Shown here: positions 38,791 through 48,329 of the stretch, piece by piece
Position numbering within the stretch: the first letter of the stretch is position 1
Layout of the letters: each line of letters opens with the position of its first letter
Source: an uncultured Gammaproteobacteria bacterium
GTDB lineage: Bacteria > Patescibacteriota > Patescibacteriia > UBA9934
Length of the DNA: 64,000 nucleotides
Assembly (NCBI GenBank): GCA_964414795.1
Contig: CAYPWV010000002.1
Location: forward strand, 5,057 to 69,056
Reading direction: 5' to 3'
Position numbers and translations under genes: made by a program
The notes under the pieces: generated by a model
The model's input: the letters and a program-made list of their open reading frames with translations, nothing else
Databases searched by the model: none
Told to the model about the DNA's origin: nothing

Positions 38791-40122
38791 ATGTACGGAC
38801 AAAATACGAATAACGAAACGCAGGCTATACCAATCCGCTACTGCCTTTATGCAAGAAAATCGTCCGAGGACGATGAACGGCAAGCCTTATCGATTGAGAG
38901 TCAGGTTAAAGAGGTTATGGAATTAGCAGTGAGAGATGGATTGAGCGTTATAGAAGTTCGTCGAGAAAGTCACTCCGCAAAAAGCTCTGGGTCACGCCCA
39001 GAGTTTAATCGTTTAATAGGAGACATTCGTGAAAAGAAATTCGATGGAATCCTCACATGGGCAGCAGATCGTATCAGTCGTAACGCTGGTGATCTTGGTA
39101 CGGTCGTCGACTTGATGGATCAAGGCTTGCTTAAAGAAATCAGAACGCATGGACCCCGATTCACCAACTCACCAAGTGACAAGTTCATGCTCATGATGAT
39201 GTGCGGTCAAGCAAAGCTGGAAAACGATAACAAAGGCGTAAACGTGAAGCGAGGCTTCCGAGCGAAAGTAGAGATGGGCTACAGACCGAATATGTCACCG
39301 CTCGGCTATCTCCATGACAAATATGCAGAAAAGGGTGCCCGTAGAATTTTCATGGATCCCGAGCGTGGACCGATGGTTAAAGAGATCTTCCATAAGGTTG
39401 CATACGAAGGTTGGACGGGACGCAATATCCAGAACTATATGAAAGAAAAAAACTTCACCACGCGCAAAGGAAAAAATGTTTCGCTGAGTATGATCTATCG
39501 CATGATGGATAACCCTTTCTACACGGGTCGATACGAATTTCCGCAGAAGAGCGGTCAGTGGTATCAGGGAAAACATGAGCCGTTAATAACAAAAGATGTG
39601 TTCGAGCGGGTTCAGGAAGTCATGAAAGTAACAGGAACACGGGTACCGCCAGGAACACACGAATTCGGATTCACACGAATGTTTAAATGTGGAAACTGTA
39701 ATTCAGGAATCAGTGCTGAGGAAAAGAAGAAGCGTTTGAAGGACGGCACGATAAAGCGATACGTTTACTACGGATGCATGAAACGCTGGGTGACCGGCTG
39801 TAAGGAGCCGTACATTCGAGAAGAAGAGCTATTGAGCCAGCTTTGTAAAATCATTGAGAGCGTCGACATCGATGAACTCGCCGCTGTCGCGCGGATTAAA
39901 GAGGAAATAGATCGACTAACCAAGATGATCTCGAGTCTCGGTGGTCACATTGCAACCGCAAAAGTTGCCGAAATCATGCCAGACATCGACGTATATGCAT
40001 GTGCAAAATACATCCTTAAAGAAGGGACAAAAGAGGAAAAACGAGATTTACTGGGACACGTTCGAACTGAGCTAACAATCACTGGAGGAACTATCACCAA
40101 TCGTGCTAAGAGAAAGAAATGA
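38791..40122 (+). CDS. Large serine recombinase (LSR2), paralog of LSR1
   Basis: YCLYARKSSE, DRISRN, QAKLENDN, GKHEPLI, CGNC...YYGC...C. Confidence 0.93.
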   Translation: MYGQNTNNETQAIPIRYCLYARKSSEDDERQALSIESQVKEVMELAVRDGLSVIEVRRESHSAKSSGSRPEFNRLIGDIREKKFDGILTWAADRISRNAGDLGTVVDLMDQGLLKEIRTHGPRFTNSPSDKFMLMMMCGQAKLENDNKGVNVKRGFRAKVEMGYRPNMSPLGYLHDKYAEKGARRIFMDPERGPMVKEIFHKVAYEGWTGRNIQNYMKEKNFTTRKGKNVSLSMIYRMMDNPFYTGRYEFPQKSGQWYQGKHEPLITKDVFERVQEVMKVTGTRVPPGTHEFGFTRMFKCGNCNSGISAEEKKKRLKDGTIKRYVYYGCMKRWVTGCKEPYIREEELLSQLCKIIESVDIDELAAVARIKEEIDRLTKMISSLGGHIATAKVAEIMPDIDVYACAKYILKEGTKEEKRDLLGHVRTELTITGGTITNRAKRKK

Positions 40123-41205
40123 CCGTTGATGGAGATGCATCATGGCTCTAGGCGTAATGTTCCCAAGTACAAAACCAAATAGATGATCTGGTGAAATAAT
40201 TCTGTGCGGGAACCAAAAACTTTCTGGATCTTCGCAGGTAAGGCAAATGCTACCCGATCTTGAAACGTTAATTCTCAACTTTCCGTTCAAAAGTTTGTAA
40301 TCTACGTTATCGAAAGCGCCTCCACTTTTTACGGTGCTACCAGGATTTAGACCTGCTTTTTCTACAGACCAGTGAACCAACGAATCGACATTTATGGGTT
40401 TGTTAAGCACAAACTGAATTGAAAAGTATTGCCTACCGAAGCAAGTTAGGATCGAATTTAAATCCACTTTGCACGCTGGCTTATAGCGAATGCTGGTGAT
40501 GAAACTTTTGCACTTAACTCCGTTTTGCTGAGAATTTGGTTGACCCTTAGGTGATGTGTGCGTATCCACCGAAATCTGCGGTGCAGTGATCTTAGAAACG
40601 AATTCTTCTCTTTTCTCAACTATCTTTTTATCGTCAAAGCCGCTCTTTTTCAAGGCATCAACAACCAGATTGTTCAAATTAGCCAAAAAAGCTTTGGATG
40701 TTTGTAAAACTTCGTCCTCCATTTTATCTTCCGTGGGAATGTAGTCTCTGAATTCAATAATGGTTTCTTTTATCGCTGTACTAGTTCCTATACGCCAAAG
40801 GTATATGTCATCTGTAATCTCACCAGCAATACCAATCAGCAATTGCTGTTGAGTCGGGGTAATATCTCTGTTGTGTGCTAGCGCGTTGCGGAAATTTTCC
40901 GCTACAGAGAGATACTGCATCGTCTTTTCCCACTCTTTGAAAACTTCTTCAAATAAAGCCTTATGTTTTGCGAGAAGAGTTTTTAGATGCGAGAACTCGG
41001 AGTATGCCAATGGCAGATCATAAATAGCAACATCTCCTCTGGTTGATCTGTCGGATTTAGCTTTTTCTTGCAAAGCTCTATAGCCAGACCATTCCTCAAC
41101 CAGTCCAACATCTTTATTGTCAGTCCAAGAAACGCCAAACTTATCTGATAAAACATCGTGGATCAGATTCCGCAGTTCGTTTTCTATCATTTTAATTGGA
41201 TCCAT
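40072..41205 (-). CDS. Swt1-like HEPN domain protein
   Basis: IENELRNLI..VL, FRNALAHNR (RxxxxH); uncharacterised C-terminal half. Confidence 0.7.
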   Translation of the reverse strand: MDPIKMIENELRNLIHDVLSDKFGVSWTDNKDVGLVEEWSGYRALQEKAKSDRSTRGDVAIYDLPLAYSEFSHLKTLLAKHKALFEEVFKEWEKTMQYLSVAENFRNALAHNRDITPTQQQLLIGIAGEITDDIYLWRIGTSTAIKETIIEFRDYIPTEDKMEDEVLQTSKAFLANLNNLVVDALKKSGFDDKKIVEKREEFVSKITAPQISVDTHTSPKGQPNSQQNGVKCKSFITSIRYKPACKVDLNSILTCFGRQYFSIQFVLNKPINVDSLVHWSVEKAGLNPGSTVKSGGAFDNVDYKLLNGKLRINVSRSGSICLTCEDPESFWFPHRIISPDHLFGFVLGNITPRAMMHLHQRSFLSLSTIGDSSSSDC

Positions 41206-41206
41206 A

Positions 41207-42775
41207 TTACTTTCCTATATCGACATTACCTTTTAAAAGGTTGCTGAAAAAGGCATTGTAAACACGATCAAGAAAATCTACTTTGTAGATATCTGTCTTT
41301 CCAGATACCTGATCGAGTATGGATTGAACAATGCTTTGATTCTTATTCTTTGAATGCTGGCAAATGAGCTCGAATTCCCAACAGCCAAAAACATAGAAAT
41401 CATTGGATGATTCCGTCATTCTTTCTTTCAGTTTTTCACGAGCGTACCTGTTAATCGAGAACATTTCATCTAAAAATACGATCAAGTTAACCACCTTCTG
41501 ACCCTTGTAAGGTATACCTTGGACTTTATCTTCTCGAAGATGTTTCTCCTTTTTTACGAGCTTATCCAATTCCTGCCCCAAATCATTCAATAGATTATCG
41601 ATGCCTGGCCCATTTTCTTGTTGGATACCTGCCTTGGAGTAGTTATCTATTTTCCGTTTCTTACATTCAATTTGAACAATAAATTCATCCGATATCAAAA
41701 GCCAGTCAGCACTCTTCCATAAATCCTTTCCCACACTATAAGTCGTTTCAGAGATGATTTTTGAGGATGATAGAGATTCGATCCCATAGTCTTTAATAAG
41801 TGCCCCGATGTAATCTTCAAAAACACTGCCGATGTCTCGATAGAGAATGGATTTATTTTCCTCATCAAGCCTATCAAGTAAAACGTAATATAGCCCTTCA
41901 AAGACTCCGAATAGGAAGTCTGCTTGGGATGGAATAATGTACTGTTCGTTTTTCTTTTCCAATTCCGTACGGATTACCGGGAATCGTCTGAGCGCATTAA
42001 ACTCGTATTTCTTTAACAATGAGTCAGTAAGTTCGTACTTCTTACTTTCATCCTGAAATTGTTTCTGCGTGACCGCAAATATGCCGAATAACTTCAGTAT
42101 ATTATTTTCCGTTAATAGCGGTTTTAACTGCTCAATGGAAGTATTTGTATAGCTATCCATTAAAAATGAATCCGCAAAACCTTCGCCAGCTCGGGGGCAG
42201 TAATTTGCGTATATACACGTACCTATCTTCATGGCATCGAAAAGCCCCATTCCTAAAGCGAGATTCAACTTTTCCCCTAAAATAGGATTTTTTTCAAAAA
42301 CTTTTGTAAAAATCCAATGATATCTTCCGATGATGCCGGAATAATGCCTGAGGTAATGCCATTGATGATAGGTTGACCTCAAAATCCAAAGCCACCCATC
42401 CTCTTTTAATGTTTCGCCTTTCAACTTTTGGATTCCATCCTCAAGATTTCCATACGAATAGATAAATTGAGTTAAGTCGAAGTCGTTAAATTGACGATCT
42501 TGCTTTTGGCAATTTAGAAGTATCCGCTTGGCAGCAAAAGCCAGAAAGTCCCTTGTGAGCATTCCGGTACGCAGTTTTACCTTTTCCGAAGAATAGAATT
42601 CAAATTCAAGATTGACATTCACCCAAACTTGATTGCCCATGAGGGCTCCGAGCTTTTGTAGCGACATCAGGGAGCCTACCAGATCAAAGTTTTTACTCAT
42701 TGCATCGAGGTCGTCAACGCTAAAATTTCTTGAGAATGAGATATCGGATGAGGTTTGAATCTTTATGTCTGACAT
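41207..42775 (-). CDS. Hypothetical protein with C-terminal PD-(D/E)XK-like domain
   Basis: GSVFEDY...SADWLL....VQIECK; AT-rich. Confidence 0.6.
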   Translation of the reverse strand: MSDIKIQTSSDISFSRNFSVDDLDAMSKNFDLVGSLMSLQKLGALMGNQVWVNVNLEFEFYSSEKVKLRTGMLTRDFLAFAAKRILLNCQKQDRQFNDFDLTQFIYSYGNLEDGIQKLKGETLKEDGWLWILRSTYHQWHYLRHYSGIIGRYHWIFTKVFEKNPILGEKLNLALGMGLFDAMKIGTCIYANYCPRAGEGFADSFLMDSYTNTSIEQLKPLLTENNILKLFGIFAVTQKQFQDESKKYELTDSLLKKYEFNALRRFPVIRTELEKKNEQYIIPSQADFLFGVFEGLYYVLLDRLDEENKSILYRDIGSVFEDYIGALIKDYGIESLSSSKIISETTYSVGKDLWKSADWLLISDEFIVQIECKKRKIDNYSKAGIQQENGPGIDNLLNDLGQELDKLVKKEKHLREDKVQGIPYKGQKVVNLIVFLDEMFSINRYAREKLKERMTESSNDFYVFGCWEFELICQHSKNKNQSIVQSILDQVSGKTDIYKVDFLDRVYNAFFSNLLKGNVDIGK

Positions 42776-42801
42776 AATTTATGTAATTTCCATCAGAAAA
42801 A

Positions 42802-43374
42802 TTATGCCAAATCAATATACTTCGAAATGAACCTTTGCTTCGCTCCCAGCAACAGTGCGTCCGTTGTCAAAATTTTGTCGTACTTGTAAATCTTTCCTCC
42901 ACTTTTGAATGCCTTCAAATAGTGATCGAGATAAATCTGGGGATTTAAAAGGGTTACTTCACCTTCCTTTCTCCAACCCTGTTTCATCGTAAAGTCATAA
43001 GAGAACTCATGACCTGCGGCATTTAGCCAACGGTGAGCCAAAACATTGCGCCATTCATGAATCTCGGTCGCAATCGAAGAAAACGTTGTGTCATGTGTAT
43101 CGCCATCGACAAAGTTCTCCAAAAATAAGCGATACCCCTGCGAGCCTTGTTTATCAAAAAACCCAAAGGCAATAGTTAAGGCAACAGAATGTACCCCTAA
43201 AATCATCAGAGCAGTTTGTGGATTTTTCGGATTAGCAAAAGTTGCTCCAATCTCATTGTTGAAATAATTGTGGATTGAGTTAATTAAGGTCTCTATAATT
43301 TCAACGGGGGCGCCATCTTCAAATCGCTTCAATCGCCTTTCTTTGGTTTCACCGAGGTGGGCATTATTTTTCAT
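42802..43374 (-). CDS. HEPN-like hypothetical protein
   Basis: HEWRNVLAHRW (RxxxxH) in a helical protein. Confidence 0.55.
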   Translation of the reverse strand: MKNNAHLGETKERRLKRFEDGAPVEIIETLINSIHNYFNNEIGATFANPKNPQTALMILGVHSVALTIAFGFFDKQGSQGYRLFLENFVDGDTHDTTFSSIATEIHEWRNVLAHRWLNAAGHEFSYDFTMKQGWRKEGEVTLLNPQIYLDHYLKAFKSGGKIYKYDKILTTDALLLGAKQRFISKYIDLA

Positions 43375-43572
43375 ATCCGAACACATCGTATCAAATTTGC
43401 GCTAATTCTGTGCTGGTAGGGGTTAGAGCCTATGCCTGGGGATCGAACCATCAACTTCATTCGGGAATATACTCAAAACAGTGCTTTCGTCCGGTTCCTC
43501 GTCCCAGCCCTATCATAAGCGTACACCTGGGTATCGAACTTTTTACCGAACCAGATAAACCAAGCGGGTAAC

Positions 43573-43602
43573 AAAAAACCGCTACTTTCGTAGTGGTTTT
43601 TT
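43573..43602. terminator. Bidirectional intrinsic terminator downstream of tRNA-Asn
   Basis: AAAAAACCGCTAC-TTTC-GTAGTGGTTTTTT. Confidence 0.7.
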
Positions 43603-43639
43603 GACTGAACGCATGTGGGACACCACACACGTTCACTCA

Positions 43640-43714
43640 TGGCTCCGGGGGAGGGGATCGAACCCTCGACCTGAGGATTAACAGTCCTTCGCTCTGCCGC
43701 TGAGCTACCCCGGA
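43640..43714 (-). tRNA. tRNA-Asn (GTT)
   Basis: TCCGGGG acceptor stem, TAGCTCAG, anticodon loop CT-GTT-AA, GGTTCGATCC T-arm, encoded CCA. Confidence 0.96.
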
Positions 43715-43877
43715 AGGGTCTTGTGTTTATACATTTACGGGGAAAGCTCCCTAGAAATATATTTCGGCATGTATTGTAACCGGGCCTAGGATAACAAATG
43801 TTGCATCGTGACGCAAGATAAAAATCGGGATAAAAAATTTCCCCCATAACTCCATTGCGGAGCGACGGGGGAAATTC

Positions 43878-44012
43878 TTATTTTGCAGCTGCAGTTTCAA
43901 GTTTGCGCATGCGGATTGCCTTGGCCTTGCGGCGCTTTGCAAATCCGTCTACACGTTCGATGGCAAAAGCAGCATTTTTGCCTTTGCGAGAGAGATGATG
44001 GCGGGAGGGCAT
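43878..44012 (-). CDS. Small basic protein (44 aa, not in ORF track)
   Basis: MPSRHHLSRKGKNAAFAIERVDGFAKRRKAKAIRMRKLETAAAK*; followed directly by hairpin AATTTCCCC/GGGGAAATT and a T-tract on the minus strand. Confidence 0.6.
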   Translation of the reverse strand: MPSRHHLSRKGKNAAFAIERVDGFAKRRKAKAIRMRKLETAAAK

Positions 44013-44231
44013 AGGTGAGAGTTATCAAGTAATGAAGAGGTGAAGTTTGAAGTGGACTGGTGAGGCTAGAAGGCTGGGTAAAAGTTTATACCTAGCCCGC
44101 CTAGCCCAACTAGCCTTCTCGTTAATTTCGAAAAAATACTACCCTTTCTTACCATTCTGGTCAAATATTTGCCAAATTTTATGGGGAAAAGTCCTTGACG
44201 AATCAAAAAAACTCCGCCAAAACTGAGACAT

Positions 44232-45725
44232 ATGCATATTGCGGTTTCAAAAGGGCGTCTTTCTCAAAGCGGTGCGGAAGTATTGGTGGTACCGGTATTT
44301 TTTGGAAAAGGGCTCGCAAGCATCCCGGTTCTTGCTGCGGAATCGTTGCGCAGAGCAGAGCGTTTGGCAAAGATGCAGGAGTTTACGGGCAAGGCGGGGC
44401 AAGTGCTCGCACTCCCGGCTCCCGAGGGGCACGGTGCCGATACATTGTTGTGTATTGGTGTAGGCGAAAAACGTTCTGTAGGATTTTTAGATGCGGTGCG
44501 TGATATGGGAGGAACGGCCGTGCAAGTTGCACGCAAAATGGGATTGCGAACTATTGCCGTAGATTTTTCTGCAAAAGAATTAACTGCTGATGCCGTAGAA
44601 TCGTGCGTCACCGGTTTGATGCTTGCAAACTATGCGTTTGATGCCTACAAAAAACAAAACAGTGCAAAGTGTGTTGCAGAGGTAGATCTTTTGCTTGCTG
44701 ATAGCCGCATGACGCTTGCACTCCGTAAAGTGGTTGATCGCACGCTTGCGGTTATGGCGGGCGTGCACATTGCGCGCGATCTGGTAAACATCCCTGCGCA
44801 CGACATGACGCCCCAGCGCTTGGCGGAGGCGGCGCAAGAAATTGCAAAAGAATCCGGAGGAACCATTAAAGTGAAGGTGCTCGAACGTGCAGAGTGCGAA
44901 AAGTTTGGCATGGGTGCATATCTCGCCGTTGCACAGGGCGCCGATCGTGAACCAAAGTTCATCACACTTTCCTATACCTCACCTCGTGCGGCAAAGAAAA
45001 CGGTTGCTGTAGTAGGGAAGGGTGTTACGTTTGATTCGGGCGGCCTTTCGCTTAAGCCCGCAGACGGCATGATGACTATGAAGTGCGACATGGCAGGTGC
45101 TGCCGCAGTTATTGGTTTGTTTGCGATTTTGGGAAAGCTGCGTCCTCGTGTGCATATTAAAGGATACATTGCGGCAACAGAAAACATGCCGTCCGGCAAA
45201 GCTATTCGGCCAGGAGATATTGTGCGTTCGATGTCAGGAAAAACGATTGAAATTTTAAACACTGATGCCGAAGGTCGTTTAACGCTTGCCGATGCGATGA
45301 CGTACGCTTTGCGCGATAAACCGGATGCGATGGTTGATGTAGCGACGCTTACCGGCGCGTGCATGGTGGCGCTGGGTGAGGAAATTGCGGGATTGATGAG
45401 CAATGATCGAGTGCTTGCAAAAGAACTCTTGCGCAGTGCAAAAGATGCGAGCGAAAAATTGTGGGAGATGCCGCTTGAAGAACGCTATAAAGAATTGGTG
45501 CACAGCGATGTTGCAGATTTGCGCAATATCCCAACGTCGCGATACGGGGGAGCGCTTACGGCGGGATTGTTCTTGCAAGAATTTGTAGGAGAAATGCCTT
45601 GGGCGCATTTAGATATTGCAGGTCCTGCATTTGCCGAAAAGCCCATGGGCGTCTGTTTGCAAAAAGGCGCAACCGGCTACGGCGTGCGGACCTTGTGGAA
45701 ATGGGTAGAAGGAATGGGGAAGTAG
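44232..45725 (+). CDS. pepA: Leucyl aminopeptidase (M17)
   Basis: GKGVTFDSGG, MKCDMAG, NTDAEGRL, ATLTGA, WAHLDIAG. Confidence 0.96.
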   Translation: MHIAVSKGRLSQSGAEVLVVPVFFGKGLASIPVLAAESLRRAERLAKMQEFTGKAGQVLALPAPEGHGADTLLCIGVGEKRSVGFLDAVRDMGGTAVQVARKMGLRTIAVDFSAKELTADAVESCVTGLMLANYAFDAYKKQNSAKCVAEVDLLLADSRMTLALRKVVDRTLAVMAGVHIARDLVNIPAHDMTPQRLAEAAQEIAKESGGTIKVKVLERAECEKFGMGAYLAVAQGADREPKFITLSYTSPRAAKKTVAVVGKGVTFDSGGLSLKPADGMMTMKCDMAGAAAVIGLFAILGKLRPRVHIKGYIAATENMPSGKAIRPGDIVRSMSGKTIEILNTDAEGRLTLADAMTYALRDKPDAMVDVATLTGACMVALGEEIAGLMSNDRVLAKELLRSAKDASEKLWEMPLEERYKELVHSDVADLRNIPTSRYGGALTAGLFLQEFVGEMPWAHLDIAGPAFAEKPMGVCLQKGATGYGVRTLWKWVEGMGK

Positions 45726-45741
45726 TGGTAGAGTAGTTGGA

Positions 45742-45831
45742 AAGATCCTGACGATAGGAAGGATCCATCGAACCAGTTTGTCACATTACTTCCCATTCAT
45801 TCTCTAGATCCTTCGCCGAGCTCAGGATCTT
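45742..45831. repeat. REP-like palindromic element
   Basis: AAGATCCTGA...GAAGGATC...GATCCTTC...TCAGGATCTT. Confidence 0.7.
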
Positions 45832-45843
45832 GTGATCTAAACT

Positions 45844-47109
45844 ATGACTCTTCAAAGAAAAAAATACCTCATCGTCGCTCTTGTCGCCCTTCTTCTCGGT
45901 GCGTTTTTTTACGCAGGGAAACAACTTCTTGCTGCTCGAGAGCTAGATCGGCTTAATGCGGCGCGTATTGATGGTGGATGGTACGCAGAGCCTTTTTCTT
46001 TTGAAGGAAAATCGTATCTCGTTCCTCCGAACGAAATCCACAGCTCGGGCATTGTCGAGGGTGATATTCCCGCACTTACCCATCCAAAAACCGTGAGTAT
46101 TGATGAAGCTGATGAAGTTATTGCGGATGACCTTGGCGGTATTGCGGTTGAAATAAATGGTGAGCATCGTTTTTATCCTGTGCAAATCATGAACTGGCAC
46201 GAGGTGGTTCACGACACGCTCGGCGGAAAATCCATTTTGGTGTACTACGGTCCGCTTACGGGTGCTGCGGCAGTGTACGAGCTTCCTACCGATGACATGC
46301 GTTTTGTGGTAAGTGGACAAGAATATAATAATGACGTTTTTTTAAAACAAGAAGGAACCGATACGCTCTGGTCAGGTATTCTTGGAAAACCTGTGGTAAG
46401 TACAAATGAAGACGCATTTTTCGGTTCTCTCGCTCTTCTTCCATCCGCTTTTATGACGTGGGGAGAATGGAAGATGGAGCGGATGGTGTCATCACTATAT
46501 CCAACGCCTGGTTCTGTTCTTTCAATCGACACTGGTTACGTTCGCGATTACACGCGTCATCCTTACGGCAATTACGAAAATTCTCCTGGCGTGTATTTCC
46601 CCGTTAATCATTCAACAATTCCTGTTCGTGCAAAAGAGCCTGCATATCTTGTGCAGCTTCCCGAAGGCGATGCGGTGTTTATTAATACCGTTTCTTTGCT
46701 TGACTCCACGCCAAGCGTACAAGTGGGAGATGCGTGTGCAGTAGGGCTCAGAGTACATGCAGCAACATATACGCAAATATTCAACTGCACGTTGAATGGT
46801 CAAATGCTTACATTATCGCGCAAAGATGCAAATACGTTTACTGATGCGGAAACGGGATCGTTGTGGATGGCTGACGGATTGGCATTTGAGGGAGTGCTTG
46901 CAGGTTCTCAACTCGAAGCTCTTCCTGCAGTTCGCTTGTACACCTTTGCCGCGGATGCACTTTCCCCCAAAGCAACACTCATGGGTTCAGAATTTATTTT
47001 TGACGAAAAGAAATCCGCAAACGAAACGACGATTGATCCTTCAACAGGTACATCCATAGAAGGTGAAAATACCAGCGGTGCAACGATTGAAGTTTTGCCA
47101 AATGAATAG
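45844..47109 (+). CDS. DUF3179 domain protein
   Basis: IPALTHP, YP.QIMNWHEVVHD, TDTLWS, DAETGSLW...G.L.G..L. Confidence 0.8.
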   Translation: MTLQRKKYLIVALVALLLGAFFYAGKQLLAARELDRLNAARIDGGWYAEPFSFEGKSYLVPPNEIHSSGIVEGDIPALTHPKTVSIDEADEVIADDLGGIAVEINGEHRFYPVQIMNWHEVVHDTLGGKSILVYYGPLTGAAAVYELPTDDMRFVVSGQEYNNDVFLKQEGTDTLWSGILGKPVVSTNEDAFFGSLALLPSAFMTWGEWKMERMVSSLYPTPGSVLSIDTGYVRDYTRHPYGNYENSPGVYFPVNHSTIPVRAKEPAYLVQLPEGDAVFINTVSLLDSTPSVQVGDACAVGLRVHAATYTQIFNCTLNGQMLTLSRKDANTFTDAETGSLWMADGLAFEGVLAGSQLEALPAVRLYTFAADALSPKATLMGSEFIFDEKKSANETTIDPSTGTSIEGENTSGATIEVLPNE

Positions 47110-47773
47110 TGTGCTGTACATCGTTGCAACACCTATTGGCAATCGTGGTGACATCACGGAGCGAGCGAAAGAAACGCTCGCTTCTGTTGATGTGGTGCTG
47201 TGCGAAGATACACGGGTAACGGCAAAGCTCTGCAGCATGCTCGCCATTACGCCTACGCTGCACACCTTTCACGAACATACCGACGATTACAAGCGCAGTC
47301 TCATTGTCGCCGATCTTGTCGCCGGAAAAAACATGGCGCTGGTAACGGATGCGGGAACGCCGGGCATTTCCGATCCAGGAGGTATGCTTGTTGCAGATGC
47401 ACTTGCCGCAGGCGTGCAAGTAATTCCTATTCCGGGAGTTTCCGCAGTTGCTACAGCGCTTTCAGTATGTGGTTTTCCTACGGCACGTTTTACCTTTGTA
47501 GGATTTCCTCCGCAAAAAAAAGGACGCGAAACATTTTTTAAAGAATTAGGCGACATCGCACACATCATCGTGCTCTACGAAGCAACGCATCGCATTGAAA
47601 AAGCAATCGAATCACTTGCTGCGCTCGATCGAAAGCTCTGCGTGTGTCGCGAACTTACCAAGCTCCACGAAACCATCTACCGCGGCACTGCATCAGAAAT
47701 TCTTGCGCAGTTTGCAAAAACAAGTACCAAAGGAGAGTTTGTTATTGTTGTTGCGCCCAAAACGAGAATGTAA
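47102..47773 (+). CDS. rsmI: 16S rRNA C1402 2'-O-methyltransferase
   Basis: LYIVATPIGN, CEDTR, DAGTPGISDPG, RELTKLHE, KGEFV. Confidence 0.96.
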   Translation: MNSVLYIVATPIGNRGDITERAKETLASVDVVLCEDTRVTAKLCSMLAITPTLHTFHEHTDDYKRSLIVADLVAGKNMALVTDAGTPGISDPGGMLVADALAAGVQVIPIPGVSAVATALSVCGFPTARFTFVGFPPQKKGRETFFKELGDIAHIIVLYEATHRIEKAIESLAALDRKLCVCRELTKLHETIYRGTASEILAQFAKTSTKGEFVIVVAPKTRM

Positions 47774-47807
47774 ACTTTGATGTCACAAATTGTGATACCC
47801 AGAACAT

Positions 47808-48329
47808 ATGAAGAAAAAAATACAAAAGAAAATTTTCATAAAAAAGAGCGAGAAGTCACCCGTTCTTTTTGAAGTTATAGAGAAGAAGATTCTAATTTTG
47901 CGAGGTAAGAAAATCATGATCGATCGAGATCTTGCGGAACTATATGGGGTCTCTACAAAGTCTCTAAATCAAGCGGTAAAAAGAAATATCGATCGTTTTC
48001 CTGATGATTTCATGTTTCAATTCCAAAAAGAAGAAACGAATTGGTGGAAGTCACAATTTGTGACTTCCAAATCAGTTCAAAGAGGAGTTCGCAAGATGCC
48101 TCTAGCCTTCACCGAACAGGGGATCGCAATGCTCTCCAGCGTTCTTCGCAGTAAACGTGCGGTTGCGGTCAATGTGCAATTCATGCGTACCTTCATTCGC
48201 CTATGTGAGTATATGCGTGACAATGTCGATATTATTGTTTTTGACGCAATTAAGAAGATTATTCAGTATGATGTTGATGACAAGAAACGCGTCATCGGTT
48301 TCACGACAGATAACAAGAAGCGAGTATGA
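47808..48329 (+). CDS. ORF6N domain DNA-binding protein
   Basis: MIDRDLAELYGV.TK.LNQAVKRNIDRFPDDFMFQ, AFTEQGIAMLSSVLRS, C-terminal IGF. Confidence 0.88.
   Translation: MKKKIQKKIFIKKSEKSPVLFEVIEKKILILRGKKIMIDRDLAELYGVSTKSLNQAVKRNIDRFPDDFMFQFQKEETNWWKSQFVTSKSVQRGVRKMPLAFTEQGIAMLSSVLRSKRAVAVNVQFMRTFIRLCEYMRDNVDIIVFDAIKKIIQYDVDDKKRVIGFTTDNKKRV

Noticed and set aside
6422-43663. Complete prophage or ICE
   Set aside because: No recognisable capsid, portal, tail, lysis, relaxase or T4SS genes.
43878-44012. Ribosomal protein L34
   Set aside because: Similar size and charge, but lacks the MKRT(F/Y)QP and HGFR.RM motifs.
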